DNA of 64,000 nucleotides, taken from contig OZ242010.1 in the NCBI GenBank assembly GCA_965204745.1, forward strand, positions 1,312,001-1,376,000, in the 5' to 3' direction. The notes under the pieces are model-generated. The model had not been told where the DNA came from. It worked only from the letters and a program-made list of their open reading frames with translations, and ran no database searches. Position numbers and translations under genes: made by a program. Shown one piece after another: positions 40,662 to 48,872 of this stretch. Within the stretch, counting starts at the first letter, position 1; each line of letters opens with the position of its first letter. The DNA is from Candidatus Latescibacterota bacterium (lineage in GTDB: Bacteria > Latescibacterota > UBA2968).

Positions 40662-41124
40662 TCTGCTGAGAATCGCCAGACAATTGGCACGCGGGCCCAA
40701 CAGAGGTCGCCCCCGAGAAGCCAACCTGAGACGGGCTGTGAGTGCCACCTATTACGCGCTGTTCCACGCGCTGGCAACCTGTTGCGCCGACATGCTAGCT
40801 GGCACGACCAGAGCCAACCGCAGCCAACAGGCATGGCGGCAAGCATACCGAGCATTGGAACACGGATACGCCAAAAGCCAATGTCTGAATCAATCTGTTA
40901 TGACCAGGTTCCCGGCAGAAATCCGGAAATTTGGTGAAGTGTTCGTAGATATGCAAAGGCAGCGGCACCGCGCCGACTACGACCCTGGCGCGACATTCAC
41001 CCGTTCAGGCGTCCTACTACGCATTGAAGAAACCGAGAAAACCATAAAGCAGTTTGAGCGCACAACGCCAAACGACCGCCGCGCATTCGCCATCTACGTA
41101 CTGCTTAGATTCAGAAATGAGTAA
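40648..41124 (+). CDS. HEPN domain protein (UPF0332-like)
   Basis: RRAVSATYYALFH and RHRADYD motifs; TTG start. Confidence 0.8.
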   Translation: MNPRDLLRIARQLARGPNRGRPREANLRRAVSATYYALFHALATCCADMLAGTTRANRSQQAWRQAYRALEHGYAKSQCLNQSVMTRFPAEIRKFGEVFVDMQRQRHRADYDPGATFTRSGVLLRIEETEKTIKQFERTTPNDRRAFAIYVLLRFRNE

Positions 41125-41167
41125 AAAAATCCTGCCAATCCTCAAATCCCAAATAAAGGATGTAGCG

Positions 41168-41313
41168 AACACAAACGCCGTAAGTAGGGCAGAGGACGCG
41201 GATTGGGTAGCACAGGTAAAACGAAGGGTGCAGGTGGTACGAAGGACATAGCGGTTGTGGGGAGCGGGGTAATCCGTGAAATCCCAAAATCCGCGTAATC
41301 CGCGATTCAGACA
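41168..41313. repeat. Palindromic spacer element copy D (right arm + internal blocks)
   Basis: GGGCAGAGGACGCGGATTGGG, GAAGGACATAGCGG, AATCCGCGATTCAGACA. Confidence 0.8.
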
Positions 41314-41324
41314 AGAAAAATAAA

Positions 41325-41555
41325 ATGCGGAACATCAAAGCCAAATTTTTTGAAGGCGTGCTCATACCGCAGGAGAAGCTCGACCTCAAAGAAGGTGCGG
41401 ATGTGGTCATAGCCATCACTGCCCCGCCGGATCGCACACTTGAGACGCTGCGAGCAACAGCGGGGGCATGGAAGGGAACACATGATCCAGAAGCATTGAA
41501 ACAGGCCATCTACGCTGGCCGGCGCACTCTTTCTCGGCCTCAACCAAAGTTGTAA
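41325..41555 (+). CDS. DUF104/AF2212-like antitoxin
   Basis: IKAKFFEGVLIPQEKLDLKEGADVVIAI. Confidence 0.8.
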   Translation: MRNIKAKFFEGVLIPQEKLDLKEGADVVIAITAPPDRTLETLRATAGAWKGTHDPEALKQAIYAGRRTLSRPQPKL

Positions 41556-41558
41556 TGT

Positions 41559-41675
41559 ATGCAATATCTCGTAGATACAGATTGGGTCATTGACCACCTA
41601 CACGGGCGCGGGAAACTGTCTGAATCGCGGATTAAACGGATGACGCGGATGAACGCGGATTGGGTTGGCAGGTAG
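41559..41675 (+). pseudogene. vapC-like PIN toxin truncated after ~19 codons by the palindromic element
   Basis: MQYLVDTDWVIDHLHG (first PIN strand) runs straight into TGTCTGAATC at 41617. Confidence 0.75.
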
Positions 41676-41840
41676 GGCAGAGGGCGCAGATGACACAGAC
41701 GCCGTAAGTAGGGCAGAGGACGCGGATTGGGTTGGCAGGTGACGCGAAAGGCATAGCAGATCGGAAGGACACAGCGGGTGTGGATGGGTGGGTTTTTAAT
41801 CCGCGTAATCCCCAAATCCGCGTAATCCGCGATTCAGACA
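41617..41840. repeat. Palindromic spacer element copy E (224 bp)
   Basis: Both 17-bp IR arms present. Confidence 0.85.
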
Positions 41841-41930
41841 AGGGGCGATCACAGCCCACTGACCACTTGATCAGGATAGCGCAGTTGCCTTCTCCCCTCT
41901 CCCTTCTTACGTCTCACCGATGTTTTACTA

Positions 41931-41957
41931 GGTCGTGTTGACATTTTATTTTTTTAG
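41931..41957. mobile_element. Isolated IS427-type MITE terminus
   Basis: TA|GGTCGTGTTGACATTTTATTTTTT identical to ends at 10935 and 12434. Confidence 0.65.
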
Positions 41958-41973
41958 CGTTATGGACTGATTA

Positions 41974-42791
41974 GGTTCTGTTGACATTTGGGATATTTTG
42001 AGTTACTCTGTGTGTATGTCAAACCTTATTCTTTCTGCGAACCAGTGGCCTAAAATTCTCGCATTCATCCGCGAATGCCCTCGCGTCTATGTCGGCGAGG
42101 AAGCCGGTTGCAAACGCTTCATTGAAGCGGTTCTGTGGGTGATGCGCTCGGGTGGTCAGTGGCGTCAGTTGCCCGCACAGTACGGGAAGTGGAACACAGT
42201 CTATAAACGCTTTGCTCGCTGGTGCCGGTATGGCGTGTGGGAACGCATGCACCAGCATTTTACGTCTGATCCAGACTTGGCATGTCTGATCATTGACAGC
42301 ACTGTCGTGCGTGCTCATGCCTGTGCAGCGGGTGCCTCAAAAAAAAAGGGGGGCAAGCCGCGCAAGCCCTCGGCAAGAGCCGAGGCGGGTTCAGCACCAA
42401 AATCCATCTCTGCACAGATGCGCGTGGCCTCCCGCTCCGGTTTCGACTCACACCGGGACAAACCCACGATATCACGCAAGCCGAAGCGTTAATCGCTGGG
42501 TATGAGAGCCGATCTGTCATCGCGGATAAGGGCTATGATTCACAAGCGTTTCTGGACGTCCTTTCTCACCATGGACAGGTTGCCGTGATTCCGCCCCGGT
42601 CTTATCGCAAGACCCCGCGTGATTATGATCGCCATCGGTATAAGCAACGCAATTTGATTGAGCGGTTGATTGGAAAAATGAAGCAGTATCGCAGGATATT
42701 TGCTCGCTTTGAGAAACTCAGCACGAGTTATCGAGGCTTTCTCGCTTTTGCGGCCACGCTCATCGCTCTAAAACAAAATGTCAACAGAACC
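41974..42791 (+). mobile_element. IS5 family, IS427-group insertion sequence (818 bp)
   Basis: TA|GGTTCTGTTGACATTT ... AAATGTCAACAGAACC|TA; two-ORF transposase. Confidence 0.93.
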
Positions 42792-42794
42792 TAA
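42016..42794 (+). CDS. IS5/IS427 transposase expressed by -1 frameshift at the A-run/G-run (~42339-42353)
   Basis: orfA WRQLP..YGKWNTVYKRF..IDSTVVRAH..SKKKGG; orfB ADKGYD..YKQRNLIERL..RFEK. Confidence 0.9.
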
Positions 42795-42815
42795 CCACTG
42801 ACAAAGGACAATGCG

Positions 42816-43373
42816 ATGGTTTCCACTTCTGATTTTCGCACGGGCATGGTGATTCGCCTGAATGGGCAGCTTTTTTTTCTCACTGAGTTTGAGCATTTTA
42901 AGCCCGGCAAGGGGGCTGCGGTCGTGCGGACCAAACTCAAGAGCGTGCAGTCTGGCGCGGTGATCGACAAGACGTTTCGATCCGGCGACAAGGTGGATGA
43001 TGTGCGCTTGGAAAAACGCAAGAGCCAGTATTTGTACCAACAGGATGCGTTTTACATTTTTATGGATACGCGCACCTACGAGCAGTACGAAGTGCCCCAA
43101 GAGACCGTGGGCGACGCACAAAAGTTGTTGAAGGAAAGCGAGATGGTCGAGGTGCTCGTCGCCGAGGGCAATGCCTTGGGCGTGGAACTGCCCATTTTTG
43201 TGGCGTTGAAAGTCGATCAAACCGATCCCGGGCTGCGCGGAGATACGGCCACGGGCGGCACAAAGCCCGCGCGCGTCGAGACCGGTGCCACAGTACAAGT
43301 CCCGCTGTTTGTCGAGATTGGCGATGTGCTGAAAATCGACACGCGCACCCAGTCTTATGTGGAGCGGGTTTAG
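42816..43373 (+). CDS. efp: Elongation factor P
   Basis: KPGKG, PGLRGDTA, VPLFV, IDTRT..YVERV. Confidence 0.97.
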   Translation: MVSTSDFRTGMVIRLNGQLFFLTEFEHFKPGKGAAVVRTKLKSVQSGAVIDKTFRSGDKVDDVRLEKRKSQYLYQQDAFYIFMDTRTYEQYEVPQETVGDAQKLLKESEMVEVLVAEGNALGVELPIFVALKVDQTDPGLRGDTATGGTKPARVETGATVQVPLFVEIGDVLKIDTRTQSYVERV

Positions 43374-43436
43374 GCCCTTCCCAAGGTTTGAGACAGTGCA
43401 TTTTGCGAGACGATAAACTACTCAAGGAGAAAGCGC

Positions 43437-43910
43437 GTGAAAATTTCCAAACAAGTGATGACCGTGGTCAAAGACCTCATCGACCTCATCGGGGCTGATG
43501 AGGTGCAGGAAGTCGAAATCGAGCGCAAGTTCTTCGGACGCGGGCGCATTCGCGTGGTGCGTGCGAACGGGCAGGTTCCCATCGTGCAAACGCTGGGCGC
43601 GCCGGCCCCTGCCGAAGCACAAGAGCCGCAGGCAGAAGACGATGCGGTAAGCGAAGACGAGAGCCGGTACCACACCTTGCGGTCGCCGATGGTGGGGATG
43701 TTTTACCAATCGCCAAGCCCGGACGCGCTGCCCTATGTCACAGAAGGCGACGAGGTGACGCGCGGGCAGACCTTGTGCATCATCGAAGCCATGAAAATCA
43801 TGAATGAAATCGAGAGCGATGTAAATGGCCGGGTGGTGCGCGTGCTGGTCGATAATACCTCGCCCGTGGAATACAATACCCCCCTGTTTTTGATCGACCC
43901 ACAATCGTAA
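43437..43910 (+). CDS. accB: Acetyl-CoA carboxylase biotin carboxyl carrier protein
   Basis: SPMVGMFY, EAMKIMNEI biotinylation motif. Confidence 0.95.
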   Translation: MKISKQVMTVVKDLIDLIGADEVQEVEIERKFFGRGRIRVVRANGQVPIVQTLGAPAPAEAQEPQAEDDAVSEDESRYHTLRSPMVGMFYQSPSPDALPYVTEGDEVTRGQTLCIIEAMKIMNEIESDVNGRVVRVLVDNTSPVEYNTPLFLIDPQS

Positions 43911-44070
43911 CCGCTCTTTCAAATCGTAACATCTTGTAACATCTTGTCACAAATCGCACAATTTGAATAGACGCTTCATCGGGCTTGCGTCCTGACTCCG
44001 TATAGCGTCAGTCCGTCTTACAGCACCTCCACGTCCGTTTTTTACTTGCTCGGAGAAGCTCGCCGCGCAA
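43911..44070 (-). ncRNA. TnpB omega-RNA (reRNA)-like scaffold at the right end of the IS607-like element
   Basis: Minus strand: GCGGCGAGCTTCTCCGAGCAAGTAAAAAACGGACGTGGAG..GTAAGAC..hairpin..GATGAAGCGTC..GAAAGAGCGG; matches the recalled ACGnnnGTGGAG...GATGAAGCnnn layout with GACG/CGTC pairing. Confidence 0.5.
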
Positions 44071-44421
44071 GTGATAGTTGGTTATTACCATCATTCCTTT
44101 GGATTTTACGCTGGCAGGAGATTTTAGGTCTGTCGCTTGGTTATCGCTGTCACAGACGTTCCTTCGCCAGCAACCACATATCCCGCTTCACTTGTCAAAG
44201 AACAAGAAAAACAAAAAATCCGCCGATGGTTGAGACCAAAGCCACGCTTTGCCACCGGCGGAATGAGATAAATACAAATAGGGCGTGGCTGTTGGTCTCG
44301 TTACTTAGATGACCGCAAACCGCAAAAGGTTTCACTTATTTGTGCGATTTGTGATGATTTGTTACCATTTGTTACGATTTTCGCACACTGTTAAAAGCCC
44401 TCCATTTTCGAGATCATAACC
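43911..44421 (-). mobile_element. Protein-free IS607-like element between accB and accC
   Basis: GG core at both junctions (plus-strand CC 43911-12 and 44420-21); inverted sub-terminal arrays of four 10-bp repeats; removal restores accB TAA-CC-TTG accC. Confidence 0.6.
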
Positions 44422-45765
44422 TTGTTCAAAAAAGTTCTCATTGCGGACCGCGGCGAAATCGCGTTGCGGATTATCCGCGCCTGCAAAGAGTTGGGCTTGC
44501 AGACGGTCGCCATTTACTCGGAGGCCGACAGCAATTCCCTGCACGTCGGGATGGCTGATGAAGATGTGTGTATTGGCCCGCCCCCGGGCGATCAGAGCTA
44601 TCGCAACATCCCGCGCATTTTGAGCGCGGCTGAAGTGACCGATGCAGACGCGATTCATCCCGGGTACGGGCCCCTGGCTGAAAATGCCGAGTTCGCTGAA
44701 ATTTGCGGCACATGCGGGGTCGCGTTTATCGGCCCGTCTGCGGATGCCATCCGCAAAATGGGGGACAAGGCCATCGCGCGCGAGACCATGCAACGAGCCG
44801 GAGTGCCGGTCGCGCCGGGCACGGGTGTTTTGGAAAGCTATGCCGACGCGCAAAACGCAACGCGCCGCTTGGGGTATCCGGTGCGCCTCAAGGCCGTTGC
44901 AGGCGGCGGGGGCAGGGGCATGCGAACCGTGTTTTCCGAAGGCGAGTTGGAACGCGCCTGGCACATGGCGCAAGCCGAAGCGCGGGCCGCCTTTACGTCC
45001 GGCGCGCTCTATTTGGAAAAAGAAATCGCGCAACCTCGGCATGTCGAGATTCAGGTGTTGGGCGATTTGTCCGGGCGCATCGTGCATTTGGGCGAGCGCG
45101 AGTGTTCGGTGCAGCGGCGGCATCAAAAGCTCATCGAAGAATCGCCTTCGCCTGTGGTCGATGATGGCTTGCGCGAGCGCATGGGGCAGGCGGCCCTCAA
45201 AGGCGCGTCTGCGGTTGGGTACGCCAGCGCGGGCACGGTAGAGTTTTTGCTCGACGCGTCCGGCGAATTTTACTTTTTGGAGATGAACACGCGCATTCAA
45301 GTCGAGCATCCCGTAACCGAGATGGTGACCGGCTTGGACCTCGTCAAATGGCAGATTCGCATTGCGGCCGGCGCGTCCTTGCCGCGCGCCCAAGATCTGT
45401 TCGCGTTCAAGGGACACGCGATAGAGTGCCGCATCAATGCCGAGGATCCCGACCACCACTTCAGACCCTCGCCCGGCACGATTGCCACGTTTCACATGCC
45501 GGGCGGGCCGGGCATTCGCGTGGATTCACACGTCTATGCGGGGTACACCGTGCCGCCGCAATACGATTCCCTCTTGGCAAAGCTCATCGGGTACGGGGAC
45601 ACGCGCGACGAGGCCATTGCCCGGGCGGTGCGCGCGCTCGACGAGTTTGTGATCGAAGGCGTGCCCACGACCATTCCGTTTCACTTGCACGCCTTGCAAC
45701 ACGAGGATTTTAGAACGGGCCGAACCACGACGGAATTTGTGAACGAGTTGGGGTACGGGGGATGA
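44422..45765 (+). CDS. accC: Acetyl-CoA carboxylase biotin carboxylase
   Basis: [46 protein letters not shown]. Confidence 0.96.
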   Translation: MFKKVLIADRGEIALRIIRACKELGLQTVAIYSEADSNSLHVGMADEDVCIGPPPGDQSYRNIPRILSAAEVTDADAIHPGYGPLAENAEFAEICGTCGVAFIGPSADAIRKMGDKAIARETMQRAGVPVAPGTGVLESYADAQNATRRLGYPVRLKAVAGGGGRGMRTVFSEGELERAWHMAQAEARAAFTSGALYLEKEIAQPRHVEIQVLGDLSGRIVHLGERECSVQRRHQKLIEESPSPVVDDGLRERMGQAALKGASAVGYASAGTVEFLLDASGEFYFLEMNTRIQVEHPVTEMVTGLDLVKWQIRIAAGASLPRAQDLFAFKGHAIECRINAEDPDHHFRPSPGTIATFHMPGGPGIRVDSHVYAGYTVPPQYDSLLAKLIGYGDTRDEAIARAVRALDEFVIEGVPTTIPFHLHALQHEDFRTGRTTTEFVNELGYGG

Positions 45766-45792
45766 GTTGCAGGCCATTCAAAGGAGGCAGAG

Positions 45793-46176
45793 ATGGCGCA
45801 TATACCGGAAGATCTGTACTATAACAGCGATCACGATTGGGTGCGGATCGAGGGCGATGTGGGCACTTGCGGGATTACGGATTACGCGCAGGGCGAATTG
45901 GGCGACATCGTGTTTTTGGAATTGCCCGAGGTCGGCGATTGGGTTGTGCAAGGCGAATCCTACGGCACGATTGAGGCGGTCAAGACCGTGTCCGATCTCA
46001 TCGCCCCGGTCTCGGGCGAGGTGATCGACGTCAACGTGGAACTGACAGACGACGCGGCTTTGGTCAATGCCGAACCCTACGAAGACGGGTGGATGATCCA
46101 AGTGCGCCTGTCCGACCCCTCCGAAACAGATGCCCTGATGGACGCCCCTGCTTATACCGGCCTTCTCGATGAATGA
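45793..46176 (+). CDS. gcvH: Glycine cleavage system H protein
   Basis: GITDYAQGELGDIVF, IEAVKTVSD lipoyl lysine, PYEDGW. Confidence 0.96.
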   Translation: MAHIPEDLYYNSDHDWVRIEGDVGTCGITDYAQGELGDIVFLELPEVGDWVVQGESYGTIEAVKTVSDLIAPVSGEVIDVNVELTDDAALVNAEPYEDGWMIQVRLSDPSETDALMDAPAYTGLLDE

Positions 46177-46188
46177 GAAAGTGACCCA

Positions 46189-46632
46189 ATGAGTCTTGTA
46201 CTGACACAGCGGGAAGCCGATTCCCTTTTGAACCGCGACAAGCATTACATGGGAAACGAACAATTTTCCTTTCCCGGTTTGGGCGGCGCGTTGCGAATCC
46301 CGTTGTATTCCAATGATCGCCGCGAGGAATTTAGCTTGGACATCACCCGAGGGCGCATCGAACTGCGAAAGAATACGTTCCAAACACGGGCGCGACGAGT
46401 CGCGATTTTGGCGCGTGTCGATATTGGGGGTCCACCGCACCGCAATCCAGATGGGAGAGAAATTCCCTGCCCACACCTACATATTTATCGGGAGGGATAT
46501 GGTGACAAATGGGCGATACCTTTGCCTGATAACTTCAAAAATTATCGGGATGCGTGGCAGACCTTAATGGACTTCATGGATTATTGCCATGTGGTCACTC
46601 GACCCCCCATTCAGCCGGAGTTGTTCCCATGA
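46189..46632 (+). CDS. DUF6978-like protein
   Basis: LARVDIGGPPHRNPDG...PHLHIYREGYGDKWA. Confidence 0.7.
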   Translation: MSLVLTQREADSLLNRDKHYMGNEQFSFPGLGGALRIPLYSNDRREEFSLDITRGRIELRKNTFQTRARRVAILARVDIGGPPHRNPDGREIPCPHLHIYREGYGDKWAIPLPDNFKNYRDAWQTLMDFMDYCHVVTRPPIQPELFP

Positions 46633-47399
46633 TGATTCGAGAAATCGCTAAACTGGTCAATGAGTACACGCGCTGGTTGGGGGATAAAACCATTTTTAAG
46701 GAGATCGATACGGCTTGGGTCGAGATCACGACGCCGTATCTGGATCGGCATAACGACTGCTTGCAGATCTATGCGTGCAGGGAAGGCAATGGATTCGTTC
46801 TGACAGATGATGGTTATATCATCAATGATCTCATCAACTCGGGTTGCCCTCTCGATACGCCGAAACGTCGCGCATTGTTAAAGACAACGCTGGCGGGATT
46901 TGGCGTGCAGATGGCGGGAGATCAATTGACTGTCCACACCACGCGAGAAAATTTTTCGATAAAAAAACACAATATCATCCAAGCCATGCTATCGGTAAAC
47001 GACCTTTTCTTTTCAGCTTCTCCTTATGTCGCCAGTCTCTTTTTGGAAGATGTAACGAACTGGTTGGAGTCGTCGGATATTCGTTATACGCCGCATATCA
47101 AGTTCACGGGCAAGAGTGGTTACGATCACATGTTTAATTTTGTGATCCCCAAGTCTCGCAGCCAGCCCGAGCGCATTGTGCAAGCCGTGGCAAATCCTCA
47201 AAAAAATTCAGCGGAAGCACTCGTGTTCAAATGGCTGGATACCAGAGAAATGAGGTCGCCCGATGCCATGCTGTTTGCCTTTCTAAACGATAGCAATCTC
47301 AAAGTCTCGCAATCGGCGATTGGGGCGTTGGAAAATTACGATCTTAAACCCGTGCTTTGGTCACGACGAGAAGAATCCAGGGAGTTATTAGCGGCATGA
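46629..47399 (+). CDS. DUF1828/DUF1829 domain protein (C-terminal restriction-endonuclease-like fold)
   Basis: ITTPYLDRHNDCLQIY, LTDDG, GKSGYDHMFNFVIP; ATGA-coupled. Confidence 0.75.
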   Translation: MMIREIAKLVNEYTRWLGDKTIFKEIDTAWVEITTPYLDRHNDCLQIYACREGNGFVLTDDGYIINDLINSGCPLDTPKRRALLKTTLAGFGVQMAGDQLTVHTTRENFSIKKHNIIQAMLSVNDLFFSASPYVASLFLEDVTNWLESSDIRYTPHIKFTGKSGYDHMFNFVIPKSRSQPERIVQAVANPQKNSAEALVFKWLDTREMRSPDAMLFAFLNDSNLKVSQSAIGALENYDLKPVLWSRREESRELLAA

Positions 47400-48604
47400 A
47401 TCGACTTGATGTTTTTTCTCAAATCGCCCTCGGCGAAGACAGCACTCGGCAGTTCAAGGTCGATGTACGCAACAGTACGTCGCTGGCCGCAGAGATGGCG
47501 GCGTTTGCCAATTCCAAGGGCGGCACAATTTTTATCGGCGTGGCAGATGACGGGACTGCACCGGGGCTTGGTAGCGAGGATGTCTCTCGCATCAACCAAC
47601 TCATCGGCAACGCCGCGAGTCAATTAGTGCGTAGCCCTTTGACGGTACAGACGGAAAATGTGGCACTAAAAAATGGTCGCCTCGTGATTGTGCTGACCGT
47701 GCCCAATGGGATTGACAAACCCTATTTCGACAAAAACGGCGTGATTTGGCTGAAGACCGGCTCGGACAAGCGGCGGGTGAACGCCAAGGAAGAACTGCGG
47801 CGGTTGTTCCAATTTTCTGCACAGTTCTACGCCGATGAATTACCCACCAAAGCGGGTATTGACAAACTGGACAAATTGCGCTTTCGCGATTTTCTGCGCG
47901 ATGTCTATCATTGGGAATATCCAGATTCCGCCGCAGAAATGACCCGCCTGCTCCAGAATATGAATCTCGCCACCGAGGACGGACAGTTGAACTTGGCGGG
48001 CGTACTGCTGTTCGCCGAACAGCCAGCGTGGATCGCGCCGCAGTTTGTCGTAAAGGCCATCCGCTATCCCGGCAACGAGATTCACGCGACAGACTACGTC
48101 GATACCGAGGTTTTCGACGGGCCATTGCCCAAGAGCTTTGACGATGCCTTGGCTTTTGTGATGCGAAACCTGCACAAAGTACAGGCCGGACGCGGGGTCA
48201 ATGCGCCGGGCTTGCCGGAAATCCCGCCAAGCGCGTTTGAGGAGTTGCTGGTCAACGCGCTGGTGCATCGAGACTATTTGGTAAGCGCGCCAATTCGCCT
48301 GTTCATTTTTGACAACCGCATCGAGATCATCAGCCCTGGGCATTTGCCCAACAACTTGACCGTGGAGAAAATTCGCACCGGCAATTCCAATATTCGCAAC
48401 CCGATTCTCATTTCTTATGTGGCGAAGGGGTTGTTGCCCTATCACGGCCTCGGTTCCGGCATCAAGCGCGCCCTAGACGTATGGCCGCAGATCGATTTTT
48501 GCGATGATCGCGAGGGCTGTTTGTTCACCGCAACCGTACACCGCAAGCCCGTAGAAAAGTTGAGATTGGCGGATGTTTCTCCCCGAGGTGTGGCAAAAAT
48601 TTGA
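47396..48604 (+). CDS. Schlafen/AlbA_2 domain + HATPase_c_4 protein
   Basis: GEDSTRQFK, AFANSKGGTIFIGVADDG, ELLVNALVHRDY, IEIISPG, RNP, GSGI. Confidence 0.88.
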   Translation: MNRLDVFSQIALGEDSTRQFKVDVRNSTSLAAEMAAFANSKGGTIFIGVADDGTAPGLGSEDVSRINQLIGNAASQLVRSPLTVQTENVALKNGRLVIVLTVPNGIDKPYFDKNGVIWLKTGSDKRRVNAKEELRRLFQFSAQFYADELPTKAGIDKLDKLRFRDFLRDVYHWEYPDSAAEMTRLLQNMNLATEDGQLNLAGVLLFAEQPAWIAPQFVVKAIRYPGNEIHATDYVDTEVFDGPLPKSFDDALAFVMRNLHKVQAGRGVNAPGLPEIPPSAFEELLVNALVHRDYLVSAPIRLFIFDNRIEIISPGHLPNNLTVEKIRTGNSNIRNPILISYVAKGLLPYHGLGSGIKRALDVWPQIDFCDDREGCLFTATVHRKPVEKLRLADVSPRGVAKI

Positions 48605-48672
48605 GACGCAATCCCCGATGTCCCATGCCATCACATGGTCGCCAAACTTCAGAAATATCAGTGCATTAAGTC

Positions 48673-48700
48673 TTGACACGCTTTGGGCAATGCGTATCAT
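48673..48700 (+). promoter_or_regulatory. sigma70-like promoter upstream of HNH-trpS
   Basis: TTGACA-16 bp-TATCAT. Confidence 0.5.
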
Positions 48701-48816
48701 AGAGCCTTATGCCGAGGCTGAGAAGGATCCCCTGTGCCAAAAAAAAGACACTGGACGCCGGCGTTGGCTACGCCTGTGTGCGTCGGAATGACGAAGGGGT
48801 TGGTTGGGCGAGGTGG

Positions 48817-48861
48817 ACTGACAACTGACAACTGACAACTGACAACTGACAACTGACAACT
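48817..48861. repeat. Heptamer tandem repeat (ACTGACA)x6
   Basis: Direct reading. Confidence 0.9.
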
Positions 48862-48872
48862 CGAGGCTTGCA

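Noticed and set aside
31355-41840. Classical integron attC array
   Set aside because: Elements lack RYYYAAC/GTTRRRY boxes, full copies are longer than attC sites, and no intI is in the window
43911-44421. IStron (group I intron + IS607)
   Set aside because: No recognisable P7 core (GACTA/TAGTC) on either strand, and the element is antisense to accBC
48705-48800. TPP riboswitch suggested by GCTGAGA
   Set aside because: Downstream conserved ACCTG and CGNAGG elements are absent; the region contains a dispersed repeat instead
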